From NCBI GenBank assembly GCA_013336275.1, contig JAAXUA010000002.1:45057-109056 (forward strand): 64,000 nt of DNA. Reading direction: 5' to 3'. Source of the stretch: Candidatus Falkowbacteria bacterium (GTDB taxonomy: Bacteria; Patescibacteriota; Patescibacteriia; Patescibacteriales; GWE2-39-37). The position numbers and the translations under genes are program-made. The notes beneath the pieces were generated by a model. That model did no database searches. It was not told the DNA's origin and saw nothing but the letters and a program-made list of their open reading frames with translations. Below are positions 11,565-21,223 of this stretch, one piece after another; the stretch's first letter is position 1; each line of letters opens with the position of its first letter.

Positions 11565-14500
11565 ATGCTTAATCCTATCAAAACGACCGACTTCGATGCG
11601 ATCAAGCTCAAGCTCGCTTCTCCGGACGCGATCATGGGCTGGTCACATGGCGAAGTGACTCGGCCGGAAACGATCAATTACAGGACGCAGAAGCCGGAAA
11701 AGGACGGTTTGTTCTGCGAGCGCATCTTCGGTCCGTCGAAGGACTGGGAGTGCTACTGCGGGCGCTACAAGAAGATCCGCTACAAGGGCATCATCTGCGA
11801 CAAGTGCGGCGTGGAAGTCACCCGCTCGATCGTCCGCCGCGAACGCATGGGTCACATCACCCTGCAGGCTCCGGTAACCCATATCTGGTTTTTGCGCGGC
11901 ATCTCTTCGAAGATCGGCTTGATTTTCGATCTGTCGATGCAGGCTTTGGAGAAGGTAGTCTATTTCGCCAGCTTCATCATCATGGATGTCAACGAAGAGC
12001 TGAAGGAGGCGACTATCGAGCAGATCAAGCAGGAATTCAAATCCAAGAAGAAGTCTTTGGAATCAGAGTTCGCCAACCAGGTCAACGAGATCAAGAACCG
12101 CAAGGCCAAGCTGTTGCAGCAGGGCAAGACCGAGCTGGAGATCGATCAGGAAATCAATGAGGAAATCGAATCCTTGACCAAGATCCGCGACGAGAAGACC
12201 GAGGCTCTGAACCAGGCCTTCGAGCAGGCCCAGAAGGAATTGAAGGAACTGAAGCCTTTTGCCATCATCTCCGAGAGCACCTATCAGAATTTGAGCTTGA
12301 AATACGGCCATATCTTCGAAGCTGGTATCGGCGCGGAGGCTATCCGTCGCCTGTTGGCCAGCATCGACTTAGCCGAGTCCATTGAGAAGCTGGAGCAGGA
12401 GATGCTTGAAGCCAACGAGACCAAGAAGTCCCGCCTGGTCCGCCGCTTGAAGCTGTTGAAGAGCTTGCAGGCCAATGACATCAGGCCGGAATGGATGATT
12501 ATGACTGTCATCCCGGTCATCCCGCCGGATCTGCGCCCGATGGTACCGCTCGATGGCGGACGTTTTGCCACTTCCGACTTGAACGACCTGTACCGCCGCG
12601 TCATCAATCGCAATAACCGCTTGAAACAGTTGATTGACCTATCCGCTCCGGAAGTTATCTGCCGCAACGAGAAACGCATGCTTCAGGAAGCGGTCGACGC
12701 TTTGATCGATAATTCGGCTCGCCATGGCAAGACCGTGGTGGCTTCGACCGGCCAGAAGCGCATGCTCAAATCCTTGGCTGATTCGCTCAAGGGCAAGCAG
12801 GGCCGTTTCCGCCAGAACTTGCTCGGTAAGCGTATCGACTACTCCGGCCGTTCCGTTATCGTGGTCAACCCGAATCTCCATCTTGACCAGTGCGGTCTGC
12901 CGAAGACTATGGCCATCGAGCTGTTCAAGCCGTTTATCATCAGCCAATTGATCAAAAAAGAAATAGTCCACAATGTCCGCAGCGCTTCCCGCTATATCGA
13001 AGCCGGACACGACGAAGTTTGGGACATCTTGGAAAAGATCATTTCCGAGGCTTATGTCTTCCTGAACCGCGCTCCGACCCTGCATCGTCTAGGTATCCAG
13101 GCTTTTAAGCCGATCTTGATCGAAGGCAAGGCCCTGCAAATCCATCCTTTGGTCTGTACCGCTTTCAACGCCGACTTCGACGGTGACCAGATGGCCGTCC
13201 ATGTGCCGCTGACCAAGGAGGCTGTGGCCGAAGCCCGCGACCTGATGCTGGCCTCTCACAACCTCTTGAAACCGGCGACCGGCGATCCGATCGTCGCACC
13301 GGCTCAAGACATCGTCTGGGGCGCTTTCTATATGACTGTCATCAAGGGCGAAGAGAAGGAAGACAAATATCTCAAGAATTTCTCCTCGGCGCTTGAAGCT
13401 GAGTTGGCTTACAGCTTGGGCGAATTGAAGATGCATGACTTGGTCCGCGTCCGCGTCAACGGCGAGATGATCCGCACCACTATCGGACGCCTGCTCTTCA
13501 ACGACGTACTGCCGGAAAAATTGCAGTTCGTCAACTCCGTAGTCGGCAAGAGCAAGCTGAAGAATCTGATCAAGGATTGCTTACGCCATTACGGCGAGGA
13601 ACGCACCGTGCGTTTCGTCGATGAATTGAAGCATGTTACGTTAAAATATATCACCAAATCCGGCTTGTCCTGGGGCATGGGCGACCTGCCCGACTTCACT
13701 GAGCGCGAACAGATGATCAGCGAGGCCAACGACAAGGTCGACAAGATCCAGGAGCAGTACGAAGAGGGCTTGCTGACCGACAGCGAGCGCTACGGCAAGG
13801 TCATTGAGACCTGGACCGACGTCAAGGAAAAGATCACCGACCTCTGTAAGACCGGCTTGCCGGTCGACGGCCCGGTCTATTCGATGATCGAATCCGGCGC
13901 TCGCGGTTCGTGGGCTCAGCTGACTCAGATTATCGGTATGAAAGGTTTGGTGACCTCGCCTTCAGGCGACATCATCGAGTTGCCGGTCCGCGGTAACTTC
14001 AATAAGGGTTTCGGCGTTTTGGAATACTTTATCTCCACCCATGGTGTGCGTAAAGGTTTGTCCGATACCGCCTTGCGTACCGCCAACGCCGGTTACTTGA
14101 CCCGCCGCTTGGTCGATGTTTCCCAGGATGTCGTCATCATGTCTGATGACTGCGGCGACACCAAGGGCATTGTCTATACCAAGAAAGAAAGCGAAGAGTC
14201 CGGCCATGACTTGCTGAAGCGTATCGTCGGCCGTTTCTTGGCCTCGGATCTCAAGAACGCTGAAGGCAAGGTCCTTCTCGCTGCTGATACTCTGGTAACA
14301 GAGCAGGAAGCCGATGACATGAAAGGCGAGTTGATCGAAGAGGCTAATATCCGTTCCGTATTAAGCTGCAAGATGCATAAGGGTATCTGTGCCAAGTGTT
14401 ACGGCTACGATTTGGCCTACAACCAGCCGGTTAAGATGGGCACCGCTGTCGGTATCATTGCCGCACAGTCCATCGGTGAACCGGGTACCCAGCTGACCAT

Positions 14501-15497
14501 GAGAACCTTCCATACCGGCGGTGTGGCTGGCCTTGAAGATATCACCCAAGGTTTGCCGCGCGTCGAAGAAATCTTCGAATCACGCAGCCCGAAGCGCAAA
14601 GCCTTCATTTCCGATGTCGATGGCACGGTCAAGATCGAGACTGCGCAGCGCACGATCGAAGATGAGCACGGCAAGACCGTCCTCGTTTCCAATCCTCAAG
14701 TCAAGATCCTAAAAATATATCATCGCGGCCACGAATCCGAGAAGTACCTATTCGCTGATGCGGCCGAGAATAAGAAAGAGGCCAAGAAGGTCGTGGCTAA
14801 GGTTTTGGTCAAGGAAGGCCAGACCGTACATAAGGGCGATGAGCTTTTCGCTGTCGGCGATGTCGTGATGACTGCCAAGCAGAGCGGTACCGTCAAGATC
14901 GAGGACAAGGCCGTCAAGGTGACCAGCGAAGTGGATAAGGTGAAGGAATATATTATCCCCAAAGGCTATAATGTCTGGGTCAAGAACGACCAGGAAGTGA
15001 AGCGCGGCGATCAGCTGACCGAGGGCAATATGGACCTGCAGCAGCTCTATCAGCTTAGGAACCGCATCGAGACCCAGAAATATATCATCCGCGAGATCCA
15101 ATCGGTTTATTCTTCGCAGGGTCAGCCATTGAACGATAAGCACGTCGAAATAATCGCGCGCCAGATGTTCTCCCGCGTCTTTGTGCAGGATGCCGGCGAA
15201 ACCGACTTGCTGCCTGGAGAAGTCGTGGAGAAATCGATCTTCGACCGCGCTAACGAGGCAGCTGTGTCTGACGGCAAGGTTGAAGCTAAGGGCGATGAAT
15301 TGCTCTTGGGCATGACCAAGACTTCGCTTTCGACCGACAGCTTCCTCTCTGCCGCTTCGTTCCAGGAGACCGCCAAGGTCCTGATCGAGGCCGCAGTTAC
15401 AGGCAAGATCGACAACCTCGAGGGCTTGAAAGAAAATGTTATCATCGGCCGTTTGATCCCGGCCGGCACCGGTTACAAGCATCGAGAAAAGAACTAG
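11565..15497 (+). CDS. rpoC: RNA polymerase beta' subunit
   Basis: N-terminal Zn finger, [12 protein letters not shown] active site, [13 protein letters not shown] and [17 protein letters not shown]. Confidence 0.99.
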   Translation: MLNPIKTTDFDAIKLKLASPDAIMGWSHGEVTRPETINYRTQKPEKDGLFCERIFGPSKDWECYCGRYKKIRYKGIICDKCGVEVTRSIVRRERMGHITLQAPVTHIWFLRGISSKIGLIFDLSMQALEKVVYFASFIIMDVNEELKEATIEQIKQEFKSKKKSLESEFANQVNEIKNRKAKLLQQGKTELEIDQEINEEIESLTKIRDEKTEALNQAFEQAQKELKELKPFAIISESTYQNLSLKYGHIFEAGIGAEAIRRLLASIDLAESIEKLEQEMLEANETKKSRLVRRLKLLKSLQANDIRPEWMIMTVIPVIPPDLRPMVPLDGGRFATSDLNDLYRRVINRNNRLKQLIDLSAPEVICRNEKRMLQEAVDALIDNSARHGKTVVASTGQKRMLKSLADSLKGKQGRFRQNLLGKRIDYSGRSVIVVNPNLHLDQCGLPKTMAIELFKPFIISQLIKKEIVHNVRSASRYIEAGHDEVWDILEKIISEAYVFLNRAPTLHRLGIQAFKPILIEGKALQIHPLVCTAFNADFDGDQMAVHVPLTKEAVAEARDLMLASHNLLKPATGDPIVAPAQDIVWGAFYMTVIKGEEKEDKYLKNFSSALEAELAYSLGELKMHDLVRVRVNGEMIRTTIGRLLFNDVLPEKLQFVNSVVGKSKLKNLIKDCLRHYGEERTVRFVDELKHVTLKYITKSGLSWGMGDLPDFTEREQMISEANDKVDKIQEQYEEGLLTDSERYGKVIETWTDVKEKITDLCKTGLPVDGPVYSMIESGARGSWAQLTQIIGMKGLVTSPSGDIIELPVRGNFNKGFGVLEYFISTHGVRKGLSDTALRTANAGYLTRRLVDVSQDVVIMSDDCGDTKGIVYTKKESEESGHDLLKRIVGRFLASDLKNAEGKVLLAADTLVTEQEADDMKGELIEEANIRSVLSCKMHKGICAKCYGYDLAYNQPVKMGTAVGIIAAQSIGEPGTQLTMRTFHTGGVAGLEDITQGLPRVEEIFESRSPKRKAFISDVDGTVKIETAQRTIEDEHGKTVLVSNPQVKILKIYHRGHESEKYLFADAAENKKEAKKVVAKVLVKEGQTVHKGDELFAVGDVVMTAKQSGTVKIEDKAVKVTSEVDKVKEYIIPKGYNVWVKNDQEVKRGDQLTEGNMDLQQLYQLRNRIETQKYIIREIQSVYSSQGQPLNDKHVEIIARQMFSRVFVQDAGETDLLPGEVVEKSIFDRANEAAVSDGKVEAKGDELLLGMTKTSLSTDSFLSAASFQETAKVLIEAAVTGKIDNLEGLKENVIIGRLIPAGTGYKHREKN

Positions 15498-15518
15498 TTT
15501 ATCTGTTCTTTAAGATAC

Positions 15519-15560
15519 TAAATCAAAAGACCTCCGATTCATCGGAGGTCTTTTGATTTA
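15519..15560. terminator. Bidirectional intrinsic terminator between rpoC and the convergent operon
   Basis: TAAATCAAAAGACCTCCGA-TTCA-TCGGAGGTCTTTTGATTTA, a perfect inverted repeat. Confidence 0.85.
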
Positions 15561-15776
15561 CTGAGTATCGAGCGTAGAGAGAAATTTTTTCAACTTCGGA
15601 CTGGCACTAGCTTTTTCAAAGTCGCCCAGGAATTTAGAAGCATCGAGCATTTCTATGAGAACCGGCTTACCAAGTGCAGAGAAGTGGATAATGAGGTTGC
15701 CGAATTCTTTGGTTTGGGCAATGGGGTCGGCTGCCAGTTCCCACCAGGCGATATTTGATTCAGTGTCGTATTGCAT
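15558..15776 (-). CDS. DUF2283-like small protein (putative antitoxin partner)
   Basis: MQYDTESNIAWWEL...LIIHFSALGKPVLIEMLDASKFL fits the DUF2283 pattern (YD.E.D...GIEIL.AS). Confidence 0.7.
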   Translation of the reverse strand: MQYDTESNIAWWELAADPIAQTKEFGNLIIHFSALGKPVLIEMLDASKFLGDFEKASASPKLKKFLSTLDTQ

Positions 15777-15786
15777 ATTGTCCCAT

Positions 15787-16005
15787 CTAGACTTTTACTG
15801 GGTAAAAGGTGAGAACGCGGATGACTTCGGCCTGCTTTTGATAAATTACTCGCCATTCATCCTTGGTAGCGGAAAAATATTTTCCCTTTTTGGAAACTTT
15901 ATCTGGAGATTTTATGGCGTCCTGTATCTGCTCCTTGATGACGTAAACCTTATGCTTCTGTAGGATATCGAATTTTTGATTGGCGTAGGCGGTAAAATAA
16001 ATCAT
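15787..16005 (-). CDS. DUF4258-like small protein (putative toxin)
   Basis: MIYFTAYANQKF...I..AIKSPD...WRVIY...IRVLTFYP; adjacent to the DUF2283-like gene. Confidence 0.65.
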   Translation of the reverse strand: MIYFTAYANQKFDILQKHKVYVIKEQIQDAIKSPDKVSKKGKYFSATKDEWRVIYQKQAEVIRVLTFYPVKV

Positions 16006-16007
16006 AA

Positions 16008-16988
16008 TCAGTATTGTTTGACTCGCAAACCGTTAGAGCCGTACATCTTGTTGACTTGTGCAGCGGTATAGATACCAATAGCGCCCCCTGGTGTCCTTGC
16101 CTTGTTGCCGTGCGAGTCTGCATACCGGCCGTTGCCAAGAGAAATTAAGACATGACCGAATGTTTTTCCGTTGTCCCCTTGTTTCCATCCAACTAGCGTT
16201 CCTTCTGGCAAACTACCAAGCGTTCCGGTGTCATATTTTTTTATAGCGGTATTGGAAAATATCGTTCCAGTGCCGCCGTTAATGCTGATGTTTTTGCTGC
16301 TTTTTAGGACATATGCAGCGAAGCCTGAACAGTCAAAGCAGATTGTTCCGTTAGGCCCTTGGCCGCCTTTGCCGAAGCAATCGCCAGGCTTAATGGTTGA
16401 GTTCAAGCCGTAGGTGACTTTCCCGACAGCTGAGGCGACAATATCAGCAACGCTTCCGCTTTGCAGCAGCTTCGCTGTCGATGCAGTGGTCGTCATGCCA
16501 GAGTCAAGAGAGTCTTCGGTGTCGCCAAGGTTATATTTTTCGATGATTTTTATTTCCAGAGAGGTGCCATTTATGATAGCCGGATTTATTTGCTGTAGCA
16601 CAGTGTAAGATGCCATCATTAGAACTAATCCGGTTATGCTGCCACCGATCCATGCCTTGGCTTCGGAAATCCGCGTGGCATTGCCGGCTGAGGTAAGCCA
16701 AAGCAATCCGCCGAACATCATGCCCACAGTAGCAATAATGCCGATTACGGCAACGGCGTAGTTGTAGAGGCCGGCAATGTATTCCCAAATCCAATTATTG
16801 CACATGTTGTCGCCGCACTGGGCCGGCTCGCTGAAACGCTGCATTCCAGGAATTTTTATCTGCAAGCTATCAGTGGGATTTTTGATGTTCGGCATTTCAA
16901 CATCAGATGCTTGCGCAGGATAAAAAACCGAAAAGAATGCAGGAATGATAAAAAACAGGAGAAGGATTTTTTTTGGGGAGTATTTCAT
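16008..16988 (-). CDS. VirB2/TrbC-like CPR pilin fused to a C-terminal NlpC/P60-like domain
   Basis: Signal peptide; pilin hairpin YIAGLYNYAVAVIGIIATVGMMFGGLLWLTSAGN..AKAWIGGSITGLVL..INP; C-terminal FDCSGF and GHVLISLGNG. Confidence 0.8.
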   Translation of the reverse strand: MKYSPKKILLLFFIIPAFFSVFYPAQASDVEMPNIKNPTDSLQIKIPGMQRFSEPAQCGDNMCNNWIWEYIAGLYNYAVAVIGIIATVGMMFGGLLWLTSAGNATRISEAKAWIGGSITGLVLMMASYTVLQQINPAIINGTSLEIKIIEKYNLGDTEDSLDSGMTTTASTAKLLQSGSVADIVASAVGKVTYGLNSTIKPGDCFGKGGQGPNGTICFDCSGFAAYVLKSSKNISINGGTGTIFSNTAIKKYDTGTLGSLPEGTLVGWKQGDNGKTFGHVLISLGNGRYADSHGNKARTPGGAIGIYTAAQVNKMYGSNGLRVKQY

Positions 16989-17797
16989 TATTTATTTTTA
17001 CATCTTGCCACGACATTGGCCCACGATGTATAAAATTCGCACATCTTGTTTGCTTCGAAAGAATATGTGCCAGCGTAAGTCGGGTTAAGGGAGGCTTGTG
17101 AGCAACTTGAAATGTCATTGGCTGATTTACACTCTTTCCATTCGGAGCCATCTTTTCCTAAGAGACAGCAGCCGCTTTGGGTCGTGATAGCGTAAGGGTT
17201 CTCGCATTTTTTTGTAGTAGTATTGCACATGCCGCCGGACATCCAGGTATCGGGGCAGCGGCTTTTGGGAACGCCTGCTTGGCAGCTTGACCATCCTTCT
17301 TGCTGCGGACAGCAGCCTTCTCCGCCGGTGCCGGTATTGGGGTCAGCCTTCTTCTCTTTTATCTGGGCAATGCCAGTCGTTCGCAGATTAACCAGGTCAG
17401 TATTGATCGTCGCCAGTAAAATATATGCGCCGAATGCTAAAAGCAATCCGGTTATCGATGAAGTGATATATGTTTTGGCTGAACTAATCTTATCCGGGCT
17501 GCCGCCTGCCGTCAGCCAGACTACACCGCCGATCATCATAAATACAGTAGCCAGGATGCCGGCGACACCGGACAGATATTTGAAAAATGTTTTGATGTAC
17601 TCCGCGATTGGACGAGTGTCCGTGACGTTGGTGAAATCGATTTGATTCGGCTGTCCTGGAATCTGCACTTGAGGGGTGAATTTAACCTCGGTCGCAGACG
17701 CGCTATCGGCTAGGCTTACAAAAAACAATAATGTCGACAGAAATATTAAGCCGTTTACTATGATGAATATTTTTTTACTCATAACCATAGGGTTCAT
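16988..17797 (-). CDS. VirB2/TrbC-like CPR pilin with a Cys-rich C-terminal extension
   Basis: YIKTFFKYLSGVAGILATVFMMIGGVVWLTAGGS..AKTYITSSITGLLLAFGAYILLATIN; tail with two GCC-started Cys-rich units. Confidence 0.8.
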   Translation of the reverse strand: MNPMVMSKKIFIIVNGLIFLSTLLFFVSLADSASATEVKFTPQVQIPGQPNQIDFTNVTDTRPIAEYIKTFFKYLSGVAGILATVFMMIGGVVWLTAGGSPDKISSAKTYITSSITGLLLAFGAYILLATINTDLVNLRTTGIAQIKEKKADPNTGTGGEGCCPQQEGWSSCQAGVPKSRCPDTWMSGGMCNTTTKKCENPYAITTQSGCCLLGKDGSEWKECKSANDISSCSQASLNPTYAGTYSFEANKMCEFYTSWANVVARCKNK

Positions 17798-18486
17798 TTT
17801 TTGATTAAATCGTCGATTATTTTTTGCCAGATGTCTAGCGGCAAATCACCATCAACCTTGGTACCGTTAATCAGCCAAGTCGGCGTGCCTTTGACGCCGA
17901 TCTTGTCTGCATATTCCAGGTTGGCCAATATCTTGTATTGTTCACCTTGGCTCGCCATACATTTGGTAAAGCCATAGGGCTTGACCCCGACTTGTTCGGC
18001 TAATTTGACCAGGTCTGAAGTTGAGGCAATCTTTCCTTGATTCTGAAAAAGCTTGTCGTGCATAGGCCAGAATTTTCCTTGTTGTCCGGCGCACCTCGCA
18101 GCTAAGGCCAAATCAAGAGATTGTTCACTGATGTTAGGGTAGTCACGAAAAACTATTTTGACGTCGTCTTGGTATTTTGAACCTAGCGAGCGTATTTTTG
18201 AGAAGCTGGATTTCGAATTCGGACAAGAAAAGTCACTGAATTCTACTATGGTTATCTTAGGCGAGCTGGTGCCGAACCAATAGTTATCTTGTCCTTCCGT
18301 ATCAGAGTAGTTGTTACCCGAGGCGACACTGGAAAGCTGTTTGCTTTGGTAATTTTTGGCGGCAAAAAAGGCAGCTGTAAAAACAGTGATGACTAGGGCC
18401 AGAAAAATCCATAATAAAATCGCCCACCAGCGCAAAGGCCACGGACGTTTATTTATTATATTTGTTTGAGGATCAAGTTGAGCCAT
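17794..18486 (-). CDS. Membrane-anchored DsbA/thioredoxin-fold protein with a CxxS active site
   Basis: N-terminal TM; ITIVEFSDFSCPNS, FRDYP, ARCAGQQGKFWPMHD and GVKGTPT; start taken at MAQLDP (18486). Confidence 0.85.
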   Translation of the reverse strand: MAQLDPQTNIINKRPWPLRWWAILLWIFLALVITVFTAAFFAAKNYQSKQLSSVASGNNYSDTEGQDNYWFGTSSPKITIVEFSDFSCPNSKSSFSKIRSLGSKYQDDVKIVFRDYPNISEQSLDLALAARCAGQQGKFWPMHDKLFQNQGKIASTSDLVKLAEQVGVKPYGFTKCMASQGEQYKILANLEYADKIGVKGTPTWLINGTKVDGDLPLDIWQKIIDDLIKK

Positions 18487-18522
18487 TTGGATAAAAAGTA
18501 TTTTTATTATACCATAATAATC

Positions 18523-18675
18523 ATGAGCAAACAAAATCATGAAACGGCCGAAAAAATGGTTGAGCAAAAAGCTGGTCGCCGCCAGAAAAAGGGGCGCCCA
18601 AAGATGCGCGTAGCAGGTACTTCGGTCAAAGAATTGCAAAAATTGATTATCAAGCGTTCGAAAATCAGGGTTTGA
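18523..18675 (+). CDS. Small basic hypothetical protein (50 aa)
   Basis: MSKQNHETAEK...KKGRPKMRVAGTSVKELQKLIIKR; fills the gap divergent from the dsbA-like gene. Confidence 0.5.
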   Translation: MSKQNHETAEKMVEQKAGRRQKKGRPKMRVAGTSVKELQKLIIKRSKIRV

Positions 18676-18739
18676 CTATTTTCACAATAAGGGTAAAATT
18701 ACCTAGTAATTATATTTGCTTAAATTAGCCTAAAATACT

Positions 18740-21181
18740 ATGGAAAAGTATAATTTTTCTGAAAATGAAGCCAAGTGGCAAAAATATTGGCTGGATAACG
18801 GCTTATTTGCCGCTGATGATGACTCAAAAAAGCCTAAAAAATACATATTGGACATGTTTCCTTATCCTTCCGGAGCAGGGCTGCATATCGGCCACGTCGA
18901 GTCCTATACGGCGACCGATATCTACTCACGCTACTGCCGCCTAAAAGGATTCAACGTGCTTCATCCCCAGGGCTGGGACGCTTTCGGCTTGCCGGCAGAG
19001 AATTATGCTATCAAGACCGGAGTTCACCCCTCGGAAACAACCAAGGAGTCTATCGCTACGTTCATCAGGCAGATCAACTCGATGGGCTTTTCTTATGATT
19101 GGTCGCGCGAAGTCAATTCCTCTGATCCCGGGTACTACAAGTGGACACAGTGGCTGTTTTTGTTGTTTTACAAAAATGGGCTGGCTTATAAGAAAAAGGC
19201 CAAGGTCAATTGGTGCGATAGCTGTCAGACGGTTTTGGCTAACGAGCAGGCCGAGGGCGGAGTCTGTGATCGCTGCGGCAGCTCGGTGGTGCAGAAGGAC
19301 CTGGAGCAATGGTTTTTCAAGATTTCTGATTTCATAGAGGACCAGACAGCTGGAGGCAAAACGATCAGGGGCCTATTGTCCGGCCTGGATGACGTTGATT
19401 GGCCCGAATCTACCAAGGCGGCACAGAAAAATTGGATTGGCCGTTCAGAGGGCGCAGAAATAGATTTCAAAATCAAAGACAGCGAGCTGAAAATAAAGGT
19501 TTTCACCACTCGTGTCGATACTATTTTCGGCTGCACCTATGTCGTGGTGGCACCCGAACACCCCCTGATCGGACGTTTGAATGACACCATAAAGAACGGC
19601 CAGCAGGTTGCTGATTATCTGGAGTCTGCCAGAGCCAAAACCGACCTGGACCGCATGGAGGCCAAGGATAAGACTGGCATCGCCCTTGAAGGCATAACCG
19701 CCATCAATCCCTTCAACAACGAAGAGGTGCCGGTTTTCGTGGCCGACTACGTCTTGGGCAACTATGGCACGGGTGCGGTCATGGCTGTGCCGGCTCACGA
19801 TGAGCGCGATTGGGAATTCGCCAAGAAATATGATTTGAAAATAGTCGAAGTGATTTCATCGGGCGAGGGAAACCCCGCTTTAGAGGCGGCTTTTACCGAT
19901 GACGGAGTCTTGGTGAATTCTAGAGAGTATGATGGCTTGGCTTCAGCGGCTGCCCGCAAGCAGCTCTCGGTTTGGCTGGTTGAGACCGGCAACGGCGGCG
20001 TTAAAGTAAATTATAAGTTGCGTGATTGGCTGATCAGCCGCCAGCGTTATTGGGGTGCACCGATTCCGATCATCTATTGCGATGTCTGCGGCGCCGTGCC
20101 GGTACCGGAAAAAGACTTGCCGGTCATACTGCCTACGGACGTCGATTTCAAGCCGACCGGTGAATCGCCCTTGGTCGGTTCGAAAACTTTCCATGACGTT
20201 GTTTGCCCGAATTGCGGAGCGAAGGCCAGGCGTGAGTCCGATACTATGGATACTTTCGTGTGCTCGTCTTGGTATTATCTGCGCTATGCCGACCCCAAGA
20301 ATGATGAGTTCTTCGCCAGCGATGAAGCGCTCAAGCGCTGGCTGCCGGTCGACGTCTATCTGGGCGGAGCAGAGCACACGGTACTGCATCTGTTGTATGC
20401 CCGTTTTTTCACCAAAGTTTTACATAAGTTGGGTTACGTGGATTTCAACGAGCCATTTTTGAAGTTGCGCCATCAAGGCATAATTCTGGGCGCCGACGGC
20501 AACAAGATGAGCAAATCAAAGGGCAATGTCGTCAATCCTGACGAAGTGGTCGCCTTGGTTGGGGCCGATGCTTTGAGAATGTACGAGATGTTCATGGGCC
20601 CCCTTGAAGAGATGAAACCCTGGAACACTCAAGGCATTGTCGGGATTACCAGGTTTCTAGACAGGACATGGCAATTGCAAGAGAAAATTAGCACCCAGCC
20701 ATTAGAAGGACTAGATAAGGACATGGAATCATTGATGCACAAGACCATTAAGAAAGTGACTGAAGATATAGAAGCTTTCAAATTCAATACCGCCATTTCA
20801 GCTTTGATGATCATGCTGAATGAGTTTGAAAAGAGAAAAGAAATTCCTAGGGAATATTTTTCATTATTTACCGTCTTGTTGTCTCCGTTTGCGCCGCACC
20901 TGGCCGAGGAGCTTTGGCAGCGCTTAGGCAGCGGGGGCAGTGTAGCGCTCGGAACATGGCCGGAATATGATATTGAAAAGACCAAGGATCAGGTGGTCAA
21001 GTTGGTAATCCAAGTCAATGGCAAGGTTAGGGAGATGGTTGATGTCGAGCCAGGCCTTGACGAGACTTCTGCCAGATCTTTGGCTGAGGCCAATCAGGCT
21101 GTGCTGAAATGGCTTGACGGCAAGGAGATAAAAAAAGTTATTTACGTTCAGGATAAGCTGATAAATATCGTAGCCGCATAG
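18740..21181 (+). CDS. leuS: Leucine--tRNA ligase
   Basis: MFPYPSGAGLHIGH, editing domain GTGAVMAVPAHDERD, SRQRYWG and KMSKS. Confidence 0.99.
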   Translation: MEKYNFSENEAKWQKYWLDNGLFAADDDSKKPKKYILDMFPYPSGAGLHIGHVESYTATDIYSRYCRLKGFNVLHPQGWDAFGLPAENYAIKTGVHPSETTKESIATFIRQINSMGFSYDWSREVNSSDPGYYKWTQWLFLLFYKNGLAYKKKAKVNWCDSCQTVLANEQAEGGVCDRCGSSVVQKDLEQWFFKISDFIEDQTAGGKTIRGLLSGLDDVDWPESTKAAQKNWIGRSEGAEIDFKIKDSELKIKVFTTRVDTIFGCTYVVVAPEHPLIGRLNDTIKNGQQVADYLESARAKTDLDRMEAKDKTGIALEGITAINPFNNEEVPVFVADYVLGNYGTGAVMAVPAHDERDWEFAKKYDLKIVEVISSGEGNPALEAAFTDDGVLVNSREYDGLASAAARKQLSVWLVETGNGGVKVNYKLRDWLISRQRYWGAPIPIIYCDVCGAVPVPEKDLPVILPTDVDFKPTGESPLVGSKTFHDVVCPNCGAKARRESDTMDTFVCSSWYYLRYADPKNDEFFASDEALKRWLPVDVYLGGAEHTVLHLLYARFFTKVLHKLGYVDFNEPFLKLRHQGIILGADGNKMSKSKGNVVNPDEVVALVGADALRMYEMFMGPLEEMKPWNTQGIVGITRFLDRTWQLQEKISTQPLEGLDKDMESLMHKTIKKVTEDIEAFKFNTAISALMIMLNEFEKRKEIPREYFSLFTVLLSPFAPHLAEELWQRLGSGGSVALGTWPEYDIEKTKDQVVKLVIQVNGKVREMVDVEPGLDETSARSLAEANQAVLKWLDGKEIKKVIYVQDKLINIVAA

Positions 21182-21184
21182 ACA

Positions 21185-21219
21185 TAAAAAAACACCCGCG
21201 AAAGCGGTTGTTTTTTTAT
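21185..21219. terminator. Bidirectional intrinsic terminator
   Basis: A-run-CACCCGC-GAAA-GCGGTTG-T-run between convergent genes. Confidence 0.75.
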
Positions 21220-21223
21220 ATTG

